A DNA stretch of 64,000 nucleotides from Psammoneis japonica (taxonomy: Eukaryota). Positions within the stretch are counted from its first letter, which is position 1. Each line of letters opens with the position of its first letter. Below the pieces are notes generated by a model that made no database searches, was not told the origin of the DNA, and saw only the letters and a program-made list of their open reading frames with translations. Of this stretch, positions 13,020 to 24,071 are shown piece after piece. A program made the translations under genes and the position numbers. The stretch is from assembly GCA_008632985.1 (NCBI GenBank), contig QPGO01000026.1, positions 1 through 64,000 of the forward strand. The letters run 5' to 3'.

Positions 13020-13640
13020 AGCCTCCGTGTTGTCTTTGAATTTTAGCACACTTGCGCAAAGTGAGCATGTTGCCACTGAAAAAACTTGAGTCACCTGCAC
13101 TCTCCAGAACTGCAAATGCTTCCTCTCTCCAGCAACAGCTGTCATTTCCATGACTCACAAACATGTGCCACAAAGCTGCCACAACTGCACCAATCCTGCA
13201 ATGGTCTGACAACTTGTTTTCCAGCAACTGATGTTCATGCTGCCCTGAACCAAGACAATGTCCTCCACAGTTGTTGAGTGGGATTTTTGGGTCTTCTCTT
13301 TTCCACACATCGTCCCTCAGCAAAGGCTCAAAAAAAGACATGTGAAGAAATGCTGGATGCAAGGAATTGCCCACTTCCCACATTTCTCTTGCCCAACTTC
13401 TTCCTTCCTTGTGCCTCTCAGGAAGCAATTTGACACTGAATGATTTCCCTTTGGGGCAAGCCAATCTGTGTGCGATGACAGAATGACCTTTCCCACCACC
13501 AACATCAACAAAACTGCCAGCTGAGGTTTCACTCATGTCCATCACATGGGGGGCCAAAGAGCATGTCCAAAGTGAAATCAAATCCCAGCTGATCTCTGCG
13601 GGAAGTCCTGTCACCTCCTTGTGTTGCTCCAACAGTGGTT
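13020..13640 (-). pseudogene. class I SAM-dependent methyltransferase relic, DOT1-like
   Basis: Within ORF 12820-14226: SFVDVGGGKGHSVIA (motif I, DxGxGxG), SFSVKLLPERH, FLHMSFF, KIPLNNCGG, RIGAVVAAL, ordered as in DOT1-type enzymes; DNA is almost devoid of TpA. Confidence 0.45.
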
Positions 13641-14942
13641 TGTCAGCACTGAGCCAATGACACACCAATTTCCAGCACCATCTGTTTCTTGTTTTGTGAG
13701 GCATTGCTTGAAGTGATTTTGTGCTGCGTGGTGTTGCTTGGAGGGGATTTGTGTGGCGTGGCAGTGCTTGCAGGAGGAGAGAGTGAAGGTTGCATTGACG
13801 GCAATGGCGTGACTGCATTTGCTGCTTCAGAATCATCTTCATGATCTTGTTTCTTGGTTTCCCTGGCCTCAGAAAAAGCACTGGATCACACCGGTGCACA
13901 CAAGCACCCTTAAACTGCTTTTGCTGGCACAACTCCTCAGAAACTGATGCAATGTCAAACACCCTGTTGGAAAAGGATGAATCAACAAAAGGCCCTGGCA
14001 TTTGGCAATCAACTTCGGAAGCGGGCTCCCAGGTCAAAGAAGCATTCGTGAGAGATGTGGTCTCCTTGAGAACCTTCATGTTGCTCTCTTGGCATGATTT
14101 GTTGAATTCAATCATGCCATGGGTGTTTCTTTGCTGAGCCTCCAGCATGAGATCTTGAAGCTTGTTTTGGGAGTCATCACCCATTTCAAGCAAGAACCTT
14201 GTTTTGGGTGTCTTCGGCTGTTTCATGAATCATCTTTGAACTGTTCTGGAAGAGTTCTTTGTTCTGTGCCTGCATTTCACCTCTCATTTTCTCACTTTGC
14301 TCTGAGTTGTGATTCAACACTTGCGTGAGCATGGCGTGGACAAAGGATTCATGATGCTGCCAAGGAGGGGTGTCTCTTCCTCCACCAAAGTCCAAGGCAC
14401 ACACCGCCTGAGGAGTGCCTGGCACAGGGCTGGGTGAGACCCGTTGAATTTGGACAAGAGTGCTGGGTGCACTGCAAGGTGAAGAAGCAAACATGATGGG
14501 GGGCTGACGAGAAAAGTGGCAAACATGATGGGGGACTGACAAGCTGCCAGTGCACTGCAAGGAGAAGCAGCAAACATGATGGGGGGCTGATGAGCTGCTT
14601 GTTCTTCCATCTCTTTGCGGGTGCATTTTTCAACTTTTTTTCTTCTTGTGGCATCAAAGATCTGAGGTGCAACAGGAGTTTTTTTTTGTGTTCCTTTGCT
14701 TGGCCTTCTTGGCTTCCTCTGACTTGCAGGCTGCCAGAACTTCCTCTGAAGGCTGAGATGGAGGGAGGGGATGCAGAGAATCAAGCTCAGCTTTCACACA
14801 TTGTTGGGCAATCAACACATTGCTCTGCATCAACGTGTTGCTCCTTTGACTGACGGTGGATGCCGCCAAAGTGTCACTGTCGCAATGTGCGTTCATGACA
14901 GCGAGAATAATGAATGTGACGAAAGCAGCAAATGATGACAAC

Positions 14943-15218
14943 TGACAGGATTTGAACACGATTTAGGTGCGCGCGAAATGTCGCGCACTGTTTGGTTTAC
15001 CGCGCACAGTTTTGTGTGCTTTAGTTCCGCGCGTTTGCGCACGATGTAGTTTGCTTTCGAGCCACAAGGCTCACAAGAACAATGACAGTAGCCCGATTGT
15101 ACCGACTTGCACGTCTTTCGGCTCCTGTGACGGTCTCTGAGCGGAGACTCATCTGCTGTTTAGACAGCAGCAAGGAGTTGTTGTTTGAATTCTTGCCATT
15201 TGCCTTCAATTTCTGTCA
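14943..15218 (+). repeat. left LTR-like repeat
   Basis: TGACAG...CTGTCA termini; inverted partner at 18241-18516. Confidence 0.9.
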
Positions 15219-17296
15219 CTCAGATCAGACAAAACGAGGAGGAACGGCGGGGCAACATTGCAGGACAATGCAAACAAGTTGACATTGCCTTCACTTCCTG
15301 AGCGAAGGTCGCAAAGACTGATGGCCATCTGTTGGTTCTTGGAACGGTTGCCACACTGGGCTGCTGCCAGAAAAGCAGAGCAGCACTCGTGCAGGGTGGC
15401 GTGGCGTTTGCACGACTCGGGGAACAGAGCAAGCATGAGTTCAAAGGCACAAGCGGTGGTCTTGTGTTCCACCAATCCGATTGCAAGCTCAGCTGCATCT
15501 CCTGAGAGACTGATCCAATTGGAGAAATGAGTCTCAAGGTGCAAGCCTTCGGGGATCGGATTGGAGCAAGGCATCTTGTGGTGCAAGGCTGCAGATGTCT
15601 GATTGGGGCAACCAGTTCCGTGCTGCAAGACTTCTGGGATCCAAAAGGACTTGCCAGTCTTGTGACATGAGTCTTCGGGGATCCAATCAGGAGGCCAAGT
15701 CTTGAGGTGCGAGACTTGGGGGATCCAATCAGGAGGCCGAGTCTCGAGGCACGAGACTTGAGGCATCCAATCAGGAGGCCCAGTCTCAAGGTACGAGACT
15801 TGGGACATCCAATCAGGAGACCTGGTCTCGAGGTGCGAGACTTGGGGCATCCAATCAGGAGGCCCAGTCTCGAGGTGCGAGACTTGGGGGATCCAACCAG
15901 GAGGCCCAGTCTTGAGGCACGAGACTTGAGGCATCCAATCAGGAGGCCTGGTCTCGAGGTACGAGACTTGGGGCATCCAATCAGGAGGCCCAGTCTCAAG
16001 GTACGAGACTTGGGGGATCCAACCAGGAGGCCCAGTCTCGAGACACGAGACTTGGGGTATCCAATCAGGAGGCCCAGTCTCGAGGTGCGAGACTTGGGGG
16101 ATCCAACCAGGAGGCCCAGTCTCGAGGCACGAGACGTGGAGAGTCCAGTTGGGAGGCCTGGTCTCAAGGCACGAGACTTGGAGCATCCAATCAGGAGGCC
16201 CAGTTTCGATGTACGAGACTTGAGGGATCCAATCCGGAGGCCTGGTCTCGAGGTACGAGACTTGGGGCATCCAGTCAGGAGGCCTGGTCTCGAGGTACAA
16301 GACTTGAGGAATCCAACCAGGAGGCCCAGTCTCGAGGCACGAGACTTGAGGCATCCAGTCAGGAGGCCCAGTCTCAAGGCACGAGACTTGAGGCATCCAA
16401 TCCGGAGGCCCAGTCTCGAGGCACGAGACTTGAGGCATCCAATCCGGAGGCCTCGTCTCGTGGTGCGATGCTTGGAGGATCCAAAGACAACGAAGCTGCT
16501 TGGGTGTCCTGAACTCCCCATCTGATGAACCGGTTGAACTGTTGTGAACAGATTCAATGATGGGAAAAGGAGGCTCCCCATCAGGAGATACGAGAAGCAA
16601 GTTGTCATCTCCATCACTTCCCAAACGAAGGTCGTGAAGGGTGACAGCGGTGGACACGTGGAGGTCGGCAGCACATGGTTTGCGGGGTGCAAAGGCTGCG
16701 GCTTTGCAAGCCATGGGTGGAGTGCCCCAACTGGTTTCGAAGTGCGGGCCTGCGCAAGGGCTGCAATCCTGCACTGGGCCGAGTTTGCTTGCGGGCGGGT
16801 TGGTCAAGACATGCGGGGCGCGACTGACACCACTTCTTGGGGACACCTGAGTGGTGGCACAGTGCAAGGCTGGTGTCAAAATGGTGCTGGGTTCACCTGG
16901 TTTGGATGGCAAGGGACTCGGCACAGGTGCGGAGGGTGCTGCACCAGTGGCTGGAGAGGTCAAGCAGTCCGGGCCAAGGCGATGGTCGCGAAATTCCTCG
17001 GGTGTGAGCAACTGGGGTTCATTGGTCACATCATCACCGTTGCAAACTTTGACAAAGTAGAAGCTGATCAAAGCTGCCAGGAGGTTTCTGTAGGTCCATG
17101 GCAAAGGAACTACATTGGCGCCGTCTCTGTAAGTGAGGGCATCAATTTGGGTGGGTGAGAATGTGAACAATTCCTCACACGATTCAATCCCATTGATGGA
17201 CAGGGCAGAACGAAGAGGGCTGTCATCGTCTTGATTGAGCACAGTGCCTAGAATGCATTTGAAGCTTTCGGTTTGTTGCTGTCGCGTGAGAACCAT
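15206..17296 (-). CDS. copia gag-like N-terminus fused to a 14-aa repeat tract
   Basis: ATG at 17296 (MVLTRQQQTESFKCILGTVLNQDDDSPLRSALSINGIES...LTPEEF) resembles diatom copia gag starts; then ~19 x S[YCH]LETGPPDW[MI]PQV; no pol motifs. Confidence 0.55.
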   Translation of the reverse strand: MVLTRQQQTESFKCILGTVLNQDDDSPLRSALSINGIESCEELFTFSPTQIDALTYRDGANVVPLPWTYRNLLAALISFYFVKVCNGDDVTNEPQLLTPEEFRDHRLGPDCLTSPATGAAPSAPVPSPLPSKPGEPSTILTPALHCATTQVSPRSGVSRAPHVLTNPPASKLGPVQDCSPCAGPHFETSWGTPPMACKAAAFAPRKPCAADLHVSTAVTLHDLRLGSDGDDNLLLVSPDGEPPFPIIESVHNSSTGSSDGEFRTPKQLRCLWILQASHHETRPPDWMPQVSCLETGPPDWMPQVSCLETGPPDWMPQVSCLETGPPGWIPQVLYLETRPPDWMPQVSYLETRPPDWIPQVSYIETGPPDWMLQVSCLETRPPNWTLHVSCLETGPPGWIPQVSHLETGPPDWIPQVSCLETGPPGWIPQVSYLETGPPDWMPQVSYLETRPPDWMPQVSCLKTGPPGWIPQVSHLETGPPDWMPQVSHLETRSPDWMSQVSYLETGPPDWMPQVSCLETRPPDWIPQVSHLKTWPPDWIPEDSCHKTGKSFWIPEVLQHGTGCPNQTSAALHHKMPCSNPIPEGLHLETHFSNWISLSGDAAELAIGLVEHKTTACAFELMLALFPESCKRHATLHECCSAFLAAAQCGNRSKNQQMAISLCDLRSGSEGNVNLFALSCNVAPPFLLVLSDLSDRN
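15678..16460. repeat. 42-bp minisatellite, ~19 units, each with a 7-bp hairpin
   Basis: Unit ~ atccaatcaggaggcccagtctcgaggtacgagacttggggc; period 42 (atcc at 15681 and 15723); AGTCTCG-n5-CGAGACT inverted repeat; no unique spacers. Confidence 0.95.
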
Positions 17297-18240
17297 GACG
17301 GAGGACGGTGCAGCAGAAACAAAAGACAGGAACCAATCTAGAGCGCGGTCTTGACTCGGAGTTTTGACTTGCAACTTGGCTTGAAAAAGACTTGACTTGA
17401 GCCAGACTTGACTTGAAATCTTGGACCATCTTAAAATCAGAAGTCGCCGGGCTGTGACATCCCATTCGTTGTCAAGTGCTAAACTTCCCATCGGTCCGTA
17501 GAGTTGTGCCGGCACGTCCGAACTTGCAGCTGGCGGCGCTTTGGGTTGCTTGCGAGCGGAGTGGCAGGTTGTAAACCCCTGCAGGCAAGCTGACCAGAGG
17601 TGGACAAGACCCCCGAACCGTTCTCATTTTATGTCGGTTGGATTTCCCGATCAGGCTGGCCAGTTGACGCAGGCGTCAGGCGCTGTGGACGAACGAACAA
17701 ATGTGGGAAAACACCCTTGCCCCAACGCAGGCTGCAATCACGGCTGCTTGCTCTCACAGTCATCCTCGTGGACCTGGTGGAACTGCGGAGCACCAGCAGT
17801 CCGGGGCAGATCAGGTGCAACAGACTCGGTGTGCTTGTAGAGTGGCAGCAAAGCCGCAGTCCAAAGGGTGGGTTCAAGTTCTTGGCCGTGAAGACACACA
17901 GGTCCTCAGCAACAAAGATCCTTGAATGTGCGGGGTTCTTGACCGTCAACCGTTGAATGGGTGTGTCAAGGGATGAGGATCAAGGATGGACTTGGACACA
18001 GCCGTTGAATGCATGTCTTCAGCAACAAAAGGTGGCACAATCAATCCAGACATCCAGCGGCAAGGAGACTTGATGGTGACGTTAAATTCCTGCTGATGCC
18101 TGGCATTGAATGCACGCAGACTTGCCGATGTACGTAGAACACACACGGAGGTCCACGCAGAATTGAAGTGGCATCGTTGGTAAATCAACGACGACAATGG
18201 CGGTTGCTCAATGGGTTGACAATGAGCAAGACTGTCAATC

Positions 18241-18516
18241 TGACAGAAATTGAAGGCAAATGGCAAGAGTTCAAACAACAACTCCTTGCTGCTGTCTAAA
18301 CAGCAGATGAGTCTCCGCTCAGAGACCGTCACAGGAGCCGAAAGACATGCAAGTTGGCATGATCGGGCTACTGTCATTGTTCTTGTGAGCCTTGTGGCTC
18401 GAAAGCAAACTACATCGCGCGCGAACACGCGGAACTAAAGCACACAAAACTGTGCGCGGCAAACTAAACAGCGCGCGACATTTCGCGCGCACCCAAATCC
18501 TGTTCAAATTCTGTCA
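18241..18516 (-). repeat. right LTR-like repeat (5' LTR relative to gag)
   Basis: TGACAG...CTGTCA termini; followed on the minus strand by a PBS-like GATTGACAGTC (18240-18230). Confidence 0.9.
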
Positions 18517-19642
18517 ACAACACGACAGTCTGTTGCAAGCTTTGTGCTGCAATGGCTCTCTCTCTCTCTCTTGTTCCCAATTGTGATGAGATTCTTCTCT
18601 GCTCTTCTTCCATCTTCTCCGTGTTCAATTCAGTGCAACACACGCACAACAGGCAGGCAGTGCTGGTTGAATCAAATCGATCATCAAGTCTTTCTTCTGC
18701 CCTGTTTGCTCTCTCACAACAAGAATGAGGCACGGTCAAGATCATTGAAGAGCACTTTGGTGCAATTGACAAAAATGAGTGTGAGAGCCTCATGCATGCT
18801 GTCAATGAAGATGTGTTTTTGTCTGGCATGAGTCCTTCCCAAAAAGGTGGCTCTGGTCTTTGTGGAAACATGGGCTGGTTGCTGAGTGGTGATCAGAACA
18901 GGGGAACAGGGGCGTGGGTGGATCTTTGGCCCCTCTTGAGAGACAAAGCTTGAAGACATGGGTGCTTTCACTCCAATTCACAGTCATCTTGCCATTCATG
19001 CAGCAAACAACAAAGCACATCATTTCACGCACGCTCTTTTTGCTGCAGCATTTGTTGGATGTGTGACAAAGTGACCCAGGCATGGCTTGTGACTGGAAGG
19101 GATGCTTCCTCTCACGTGTGAAAACAAGTGTTCAGGAGGAAACAATGTGTCATTTCCACCTCAACGCTGGAAGCAGGAGCTGTTGAACCCCGTCTTTTGG
19201 CCCCACCCATCAATTTTCTAGAGCTGTCACCTTCCAAAAATGGTGCCACTTCAGGGGCAACTCCAACTCAGGATCAAATGCAACCTTGTTGTTCCTTTCC
19301 ACAGCCTCTTGGCAGAGATCACCATTTGCTTTGATCAAGGCAGCTCCAATTTTCTCATGATGCTGCTGGTCATTCTCAACAATTTGCAAGAACATGCTTG
19401 TGAGGAGGTCTTCATGTCTGTGCCAACAAGGAGCATCTCCTCAGCCTGGCGCAGCAGGGCTGGGTGAGACCTGTTGAATTTGGACAGGAGTGCTGGGTGC
19501 ACTGCAAGGTGAAGAAGCAAACATGATGGGGGGCTGACGATCTGCTTGCTCCTCTTGCAGCATCTCTTCACAAACACGCTTTTCCAATGGATGGCTTGAG
19601 GATGCTCCACTCTTGCAAGATGCAATTGGAGTTTTTTTTTTT

Positions 19643-19755
19643 NNNNNNNNNNNNNNNNNNNNNNNNNNNNNNNNNNNNNNNNNNNNNNNNNNNNNNNNNN
19701 NNNNNNNNNNNNNNNNNNNNNNNNNNNNNNNNNNNNNNNNNNNNNNNNNNNNNNN
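19643..19755. other. assembly gap
   Basis: run of N. Confidence 1.
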
Positions 19756-22067
19756 TTTGACTTGCTTTTGAAAGGGGGGTTTCTTTGAATGGTTGTCTTG
19801 ACACATCTGCTGCCATTCAGCATTGCTGGGTGGAGATGCACTGCTCTGTTTCAATGCGTTGCTCCATCAAATGCCTGTGGACGCCGCCGAAGTGTCGCTG
19901 TTGTAAGATGCCTTCATGACAATGAGAATGATGAATGTGAAGAAAGCAGCAAATGACGACAATGCAACAGTCTGTTGCAAGCTTTGCATTGCAACAGCTC
20001 TCTCTTGCTGCTCCTAATTTGATTTTTCTCTGCTCAGCTCTTCTTCCATCTTCCAAGTGTTCCACTCAGCATGACAGGCAGCAGGCAGTGTTGATCAAAT
20101 CAAGTTGATCATCAAGTCTGTCCTTCTGCCCTTTTTGCTCTCTCACAACAAGAGCAAGGCAGCTGCAGCAAGAAAAAAACTTTGGAGAGCAAAATGGAGG
20201 GAATGGTTGCTGTTGGAGTTGCAACAAGGCAAAACAGTTGCCTCACAAGCTGCCCAAAAATGTGGCACTGTCAACTGGCATTGACGCAGATTCACTTTTT
20301 GCTTGTCTTGGGTGCCATGTTGGGCAAGTTGCACTCGGCACTGTCACTTTGACACAAGTGAATTGCGGGCATGTGGTCGCATGAGTGAGCCACAAGTGCA
20401 CTGGAATGCTCAGCACAAGAAAGTGGTGGAAAGTGAGAAACCACATTGACACTCTGTCGGGTTCTGACAAGAACTGTTGCCGTCTTTCATCTGCCACTCT
20501 TGCAAAAAATGTGAGGCTGCATGGCTGATTGAAAAGAGGTGGATTCCATCACAGAAGAATGTGTGAATGTGCTTGCGATGGACAGTTCATCTGTCTCATC
20601 AAGTGCAAGGTCACCCCACCTTCTTCGCCAATGCCGAAACACCTTGACCAGGCTTCTCGACATGAGCAACGATTTTTTTTGGCAACGTCTGTTGGCTTTG
20701 AACACCTTGTGGTCAGCAGCATGGTTGGTGGTGCAGGTGGATCAACTGCGGTTGGCAGAATGCTGTGAGCATGGCCAAATTGACAACCATCCTTTCGTTT
20801 CCAAGTTTCCGGCACTCTCCAGCACTTGGAGTCTGCAGCACTTGGAGTCTGCACCAAGCAATGAGATGCAGCCTTGGCAAGTCCATTTGAGCCCATCTCA
20901 TCATGCCAGGTGCAAGCATGGGAGATGCTGCTGCAAGAATTCAAAAACAAGCTGAGCCCCTGGTGTGCTTCACCAGAATTTCACATGGGCAATTTGAGGA
21001 CAAAGAGAAAGCTGTCACAGCCAATCTTTGTTGCTGGCCTCAGCCTTGAAAGAGCTGAGGCTGAAGTGGAAAGATCAAAAAGTCCACACTGTCCTCAACT
21101 TCAATGACAACCATGGATGCACCCACTGTTTGGAAAAAATTCCAGCCCTCTGTCGTGACAGTTGAATTCTCAGCAAGCGGAGACCAGCAGGTGCCAGGGC
21201 AAATTGGGCACTTGCACTCGTGGTGGTGACCTGACTTGCTGATGCAATTGGAAGAGCAGAGCAGTCACCAGCTGGTGGCACAGATTGCAAAATGATGGCA
21301 GCAGAGGAATGTGGCTGGGCTGCAAGGTGCGCTGAACATCTGTCAACAAGTCTGAGTTCAAACCAGAAAACACAAAACCAAAATTCCACATTCAATGTGC
21401 TGCTGCACTTCCACCTTGTGACTCCAGCAACAAGCTGACCCACACACCCAGCACACAAACAGTGCGGCAGGAGCACACAGCGATTGGCCAAGATCGGCGC
21501 CACCCTCGGGCGATGCGGCGCCAAAGTGTGACCTCCAACCACACGTGAGTCCAAACCAGAGCTTGGCACATCTGCTTCCACCACGTTCGATTGTTGACCA
21601 TGTTCTCTTGATTGTGACACTATGAACATCCTTGTCCCAGATTCCAACAACCTTGTGAGGCACCAGGAGTGTGCTGCTGTTGCTCAAGCCAGTCAGCTCT
21701 CCAGCTGGCTCGGCAAGACAGGGGCAAATGGAGACAACGTGATCACCTTTCATCCAATTTTTTTGTTCAGCACAAGCACATCAACAAAAACAGTGCAATT
21801 GCAATGACAGTTGTTTGACAAAAATGAGTTGTATGATGGTTCTTGTTGATTGAGTCAAACCAGCTCGGCATCTGTTTCAATGGGTGAGGACCCGGAGAGG
21901 TTGGTGGCACAATAAAAAGATGGCCCATCGCTCCACACTGGGTTATGAGCATGCCCTCCATCGCACCTTGAAGGCTAAAGCTGGAGCACGAACAACAAAC
22001 AAATAATGTAGGGCTATCAACGAACAATCGGCCATTTGGTGCACCCATCCGCGAAGAATAAAAAACC

Positions 22068-23699
22068 ATGAGCAGCAAGAAGAAAATTGTGTGGGTGCTA
22101 CAGGGAAAGACAGAGCATCAGGCTTTTCTTCTCAAAGAAGATGGAGAGGAAAGCTTTGTAGAGTGGTCCTCCACCCAACAAGCCGAGTGGGTAGACAGCG
22201 CTCTGGTTCGTCTTGAACTCCCCCCTCGATGTCGGGATGCTTCCACAAGGGATGACAATCAAAGAGTGCCTGAAGCCAGCAGGGAACACTCAAATGCAAC
22301 CAAAAGGAGTGGTTCTTGTGATGCAAAAAATATGCCGAGAAAGAAGAAACTGCAACAGTCAAAGTCTGGAAAGGAACAACAACAAGAGGATGCCAAACCG
22401 GAGTCATCAAATGCCAGCAGGAGTTCCGTCACCTTTGAAGAGGTTCTCCAACAAGCCAGGAACAACGTTCCTTCTGATGCTGCAGAGGGATCCATCAAGG
22501 CCTGCATTGTCTTTCCCAACAACAAAAACTATGAAAGTTTTGAGAGTGCCTTTGTGGCAAATGATTGGCAAGTTGCAATGCAAGAAGCTGAAAATGTAGA
22601 TGAAAATGGAAACCCAGAACCACGTGACCTTTGGATGCTTGGCACCAACTCAAAAGACAAGATTCGAGGTGTGTATGAACATGCCTGGCGTGACACTGGG
22701 GATGAAAAGACGTTTTTTTCTGGAGAAAACCCATGGCAGAATCTCTGGATTTGCAAGAACGCCAAAGGCGACATCGAAAACCATGTTTTGCAAGCGGAGT
22801 ATCACTCCATTTACAAATACATAGTTCTGAGTCCTTGCTCCCAAGGCTCAGGATTCAGATTGACAGAGGGACTTGTTGAATTCTTGGAAAGGAAACTAGA
22901 TACCTGGAAAGCGACTCTAATTGCACCCTCGAAGAGCACAGTTCTTTCGACTAAAAATTCGACTAAAAAGGAACCAAGTCTGAAGGTCTTTCTCGACAGT
23001 CTTCTCTCTTTGATGGCCCTTTCAGTGCGCATTGGAATAGTGGATACACGGGATTTCAATAGGGAGGTTTGGGCTGGTGCTGCAATTTTAGAAACTGATG
23101 CATCAGGCAAAGAAAGCATACTTGCATATGACGCAATTCGATTCAGTCGAAAAGGTCAAGGAGAAACACATGCGGAAGAAAGGGTTTTGGCAGAATTGCA
23201 CAGTAAGCGAAAAAAGGCAGAACGGACACAAGGAAGTTCTATGCACATGGCTCTCATCGTGGTTCATGCAATGGGTGGAGGACAAGGAGGCTCAATGTGT
23301 GGAAGTTGCATTTGCGCACTCTCTCAATTTCATGCAGACTGGTGTCTAGACCCCGGTAAGCTGGCAGTTGTGTACCCAACACGTCGTTTCAAGCGCCACG
23401 AAAGACCAGAAAAAGGAGAATGGGTGTCACCACGCACTGCATTTTACGACATGGTGAAGGACAAGAAAAATCACTTTAACTTGCTACAAGACATTGTATA
23501 CCACAACAGTAAAATGAACAATCACGGAACTTCTGGATGCATTGGAGAGGATGTGATTGGACATGATGTGAGCACTGTTGTTCAGAGCCTACATGACAAT
23601 AGCTTACATGACGATGACGCCACTAACCATGCTTCGCATTGGAAGCACTGTTGCTACCATGGCACGAATGAGAAGCATGATTTCCGACTCCCTTCCTGA
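22068..23699 (+). CDS. 543-aa protein: Tudor/chromo-barrel-like N-terminal domain plus C-terminal TadA/CDA-fold zinc-dependent deaminase domain
   Basis: Intact ATG-TGA ORF. N-terminus IVWV..HQAFLL..SFVEWSSTQQAEWVD. Deaminase motifs REVWAGAAIL (R332; cf. TadA REVPVGAVLV), HAE (H368, 23169), LIVV, MCGSC (C411/C414), LAVVY. Confidence 0.75.
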   Translation: MSSKKKIVWVLQGKTEHQAFLLKEDGEESFVEWSSTQQAEWVDSALVRLELPPRCRDASTRDDNQRVPEASREHSNATKRSGSCDAKNMPRKKKLQQSKSGKEQQQEDAKPESSNASRSSVTFEEVLQQARNNVPSDAAEGSIKACIVFPNNKNYESFESAFVANDWQVAMQEAENVDENGNPEPRDLWMLGTNSKDKIRGVYEHAWRDTGDEKTFFSGENPWQNLWICKNAKGDIENHVLQAEYHSIYKYIVLSPCSQGSGFRLTEGLVEFLERKLDTWKATLIAPSKSTVLSTKNSTKKEPSLKVFLDSLLSLMALSVRIGIVDTRDFNREVWAGAAILETDASGKESILAYDAIRFSRKGQGETHAEERVLAELHSKRKKAERTQGSSMHMALIVVHAMGGGQGGSMCGSCICALSQFHADWCLDPGKLAVVYPTRRFKRHERPEKGEWVSPRTAFYDMVKDKKNHFNLLQDIVYHNSKMNNHGTSGCIGEDVIGHDVSTVVQSLHDNSLHDDDATNHASHWKHCCYHGTNEKHDFRLPS

Positions 23700-23830
23700 A
23701 ATGCTCACATCTGGAAAGACAGTCAATGTCAGTGATGCATTGGTTGACTCATCTTGCATTAGAGGTGCTTTTTTTAATTTAGATTGCATTTCTATGGTGG
23801 CTCACTCACTCACTCAATTCACTGCAATTT

Positions 23831-24071
23831 GAGTGGAGCCACAGTAGCTCTAATCTCTCCACTGAGCTAGGGTTGGGGGTTAGGGTCCATTGAAATTGAT
23901 ACATTCAACGCTCTGCACAAATAAATATTCACTCCTAAACTCCTCATTGGCATGGTAACTTGTTCAATCAATCTATTGCAATTAGAGTGGAGCTAGCTCT
24001 AATCTCTCTGAGCTATTGAAACTGATCCATTCAACGCTCTGCACAAATAAAAATCACTCCTAAACTCCTCA
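23831..24071 (+). repeat. imperfect direct duplication
   Basis: gagtggagc..tagctctaatctctc..tgagcta..cattcaacgctctgcacaaataaa..tcactcctaaactcctca at ~23831-23946 and ~23985-24071. Confidence 0.8.

Larger units (their letters stand above)
14943..18516 (-). mobile_element. non-autonomous gag-bearing element with inverted 276-bp LTR-like termini and 5-bp TSD ACAAC
   Basis: 14943-15218 is the reverse complement of 18241-18516; ACAAC at 14938-14942 and 18517-18521; an uninterrupted paralog of the target site is at ~19940-20005. Confidence 0.88.

Noticed and set aside
15678..16460. CRISPR-like array (regular repeats with a hairpin)
   Set aside because: Units are contiguous 42-mers with no unique spacers, there are no cas genes and the context is eukaryotic
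19335..19854. ORFs spanning the N run
   Set aside because: Artefacts of the assembly gap
20500..21800. Possible SET-domain relic (NHGC near 21110)
   Set aside because: A single short motif in saturated sequence with no supporting SET motifs
23867..23886. Telomere-like tagggttgggggttaggg
   Set aside because: Only about two imperfect units; too short to call an interstitial telomere
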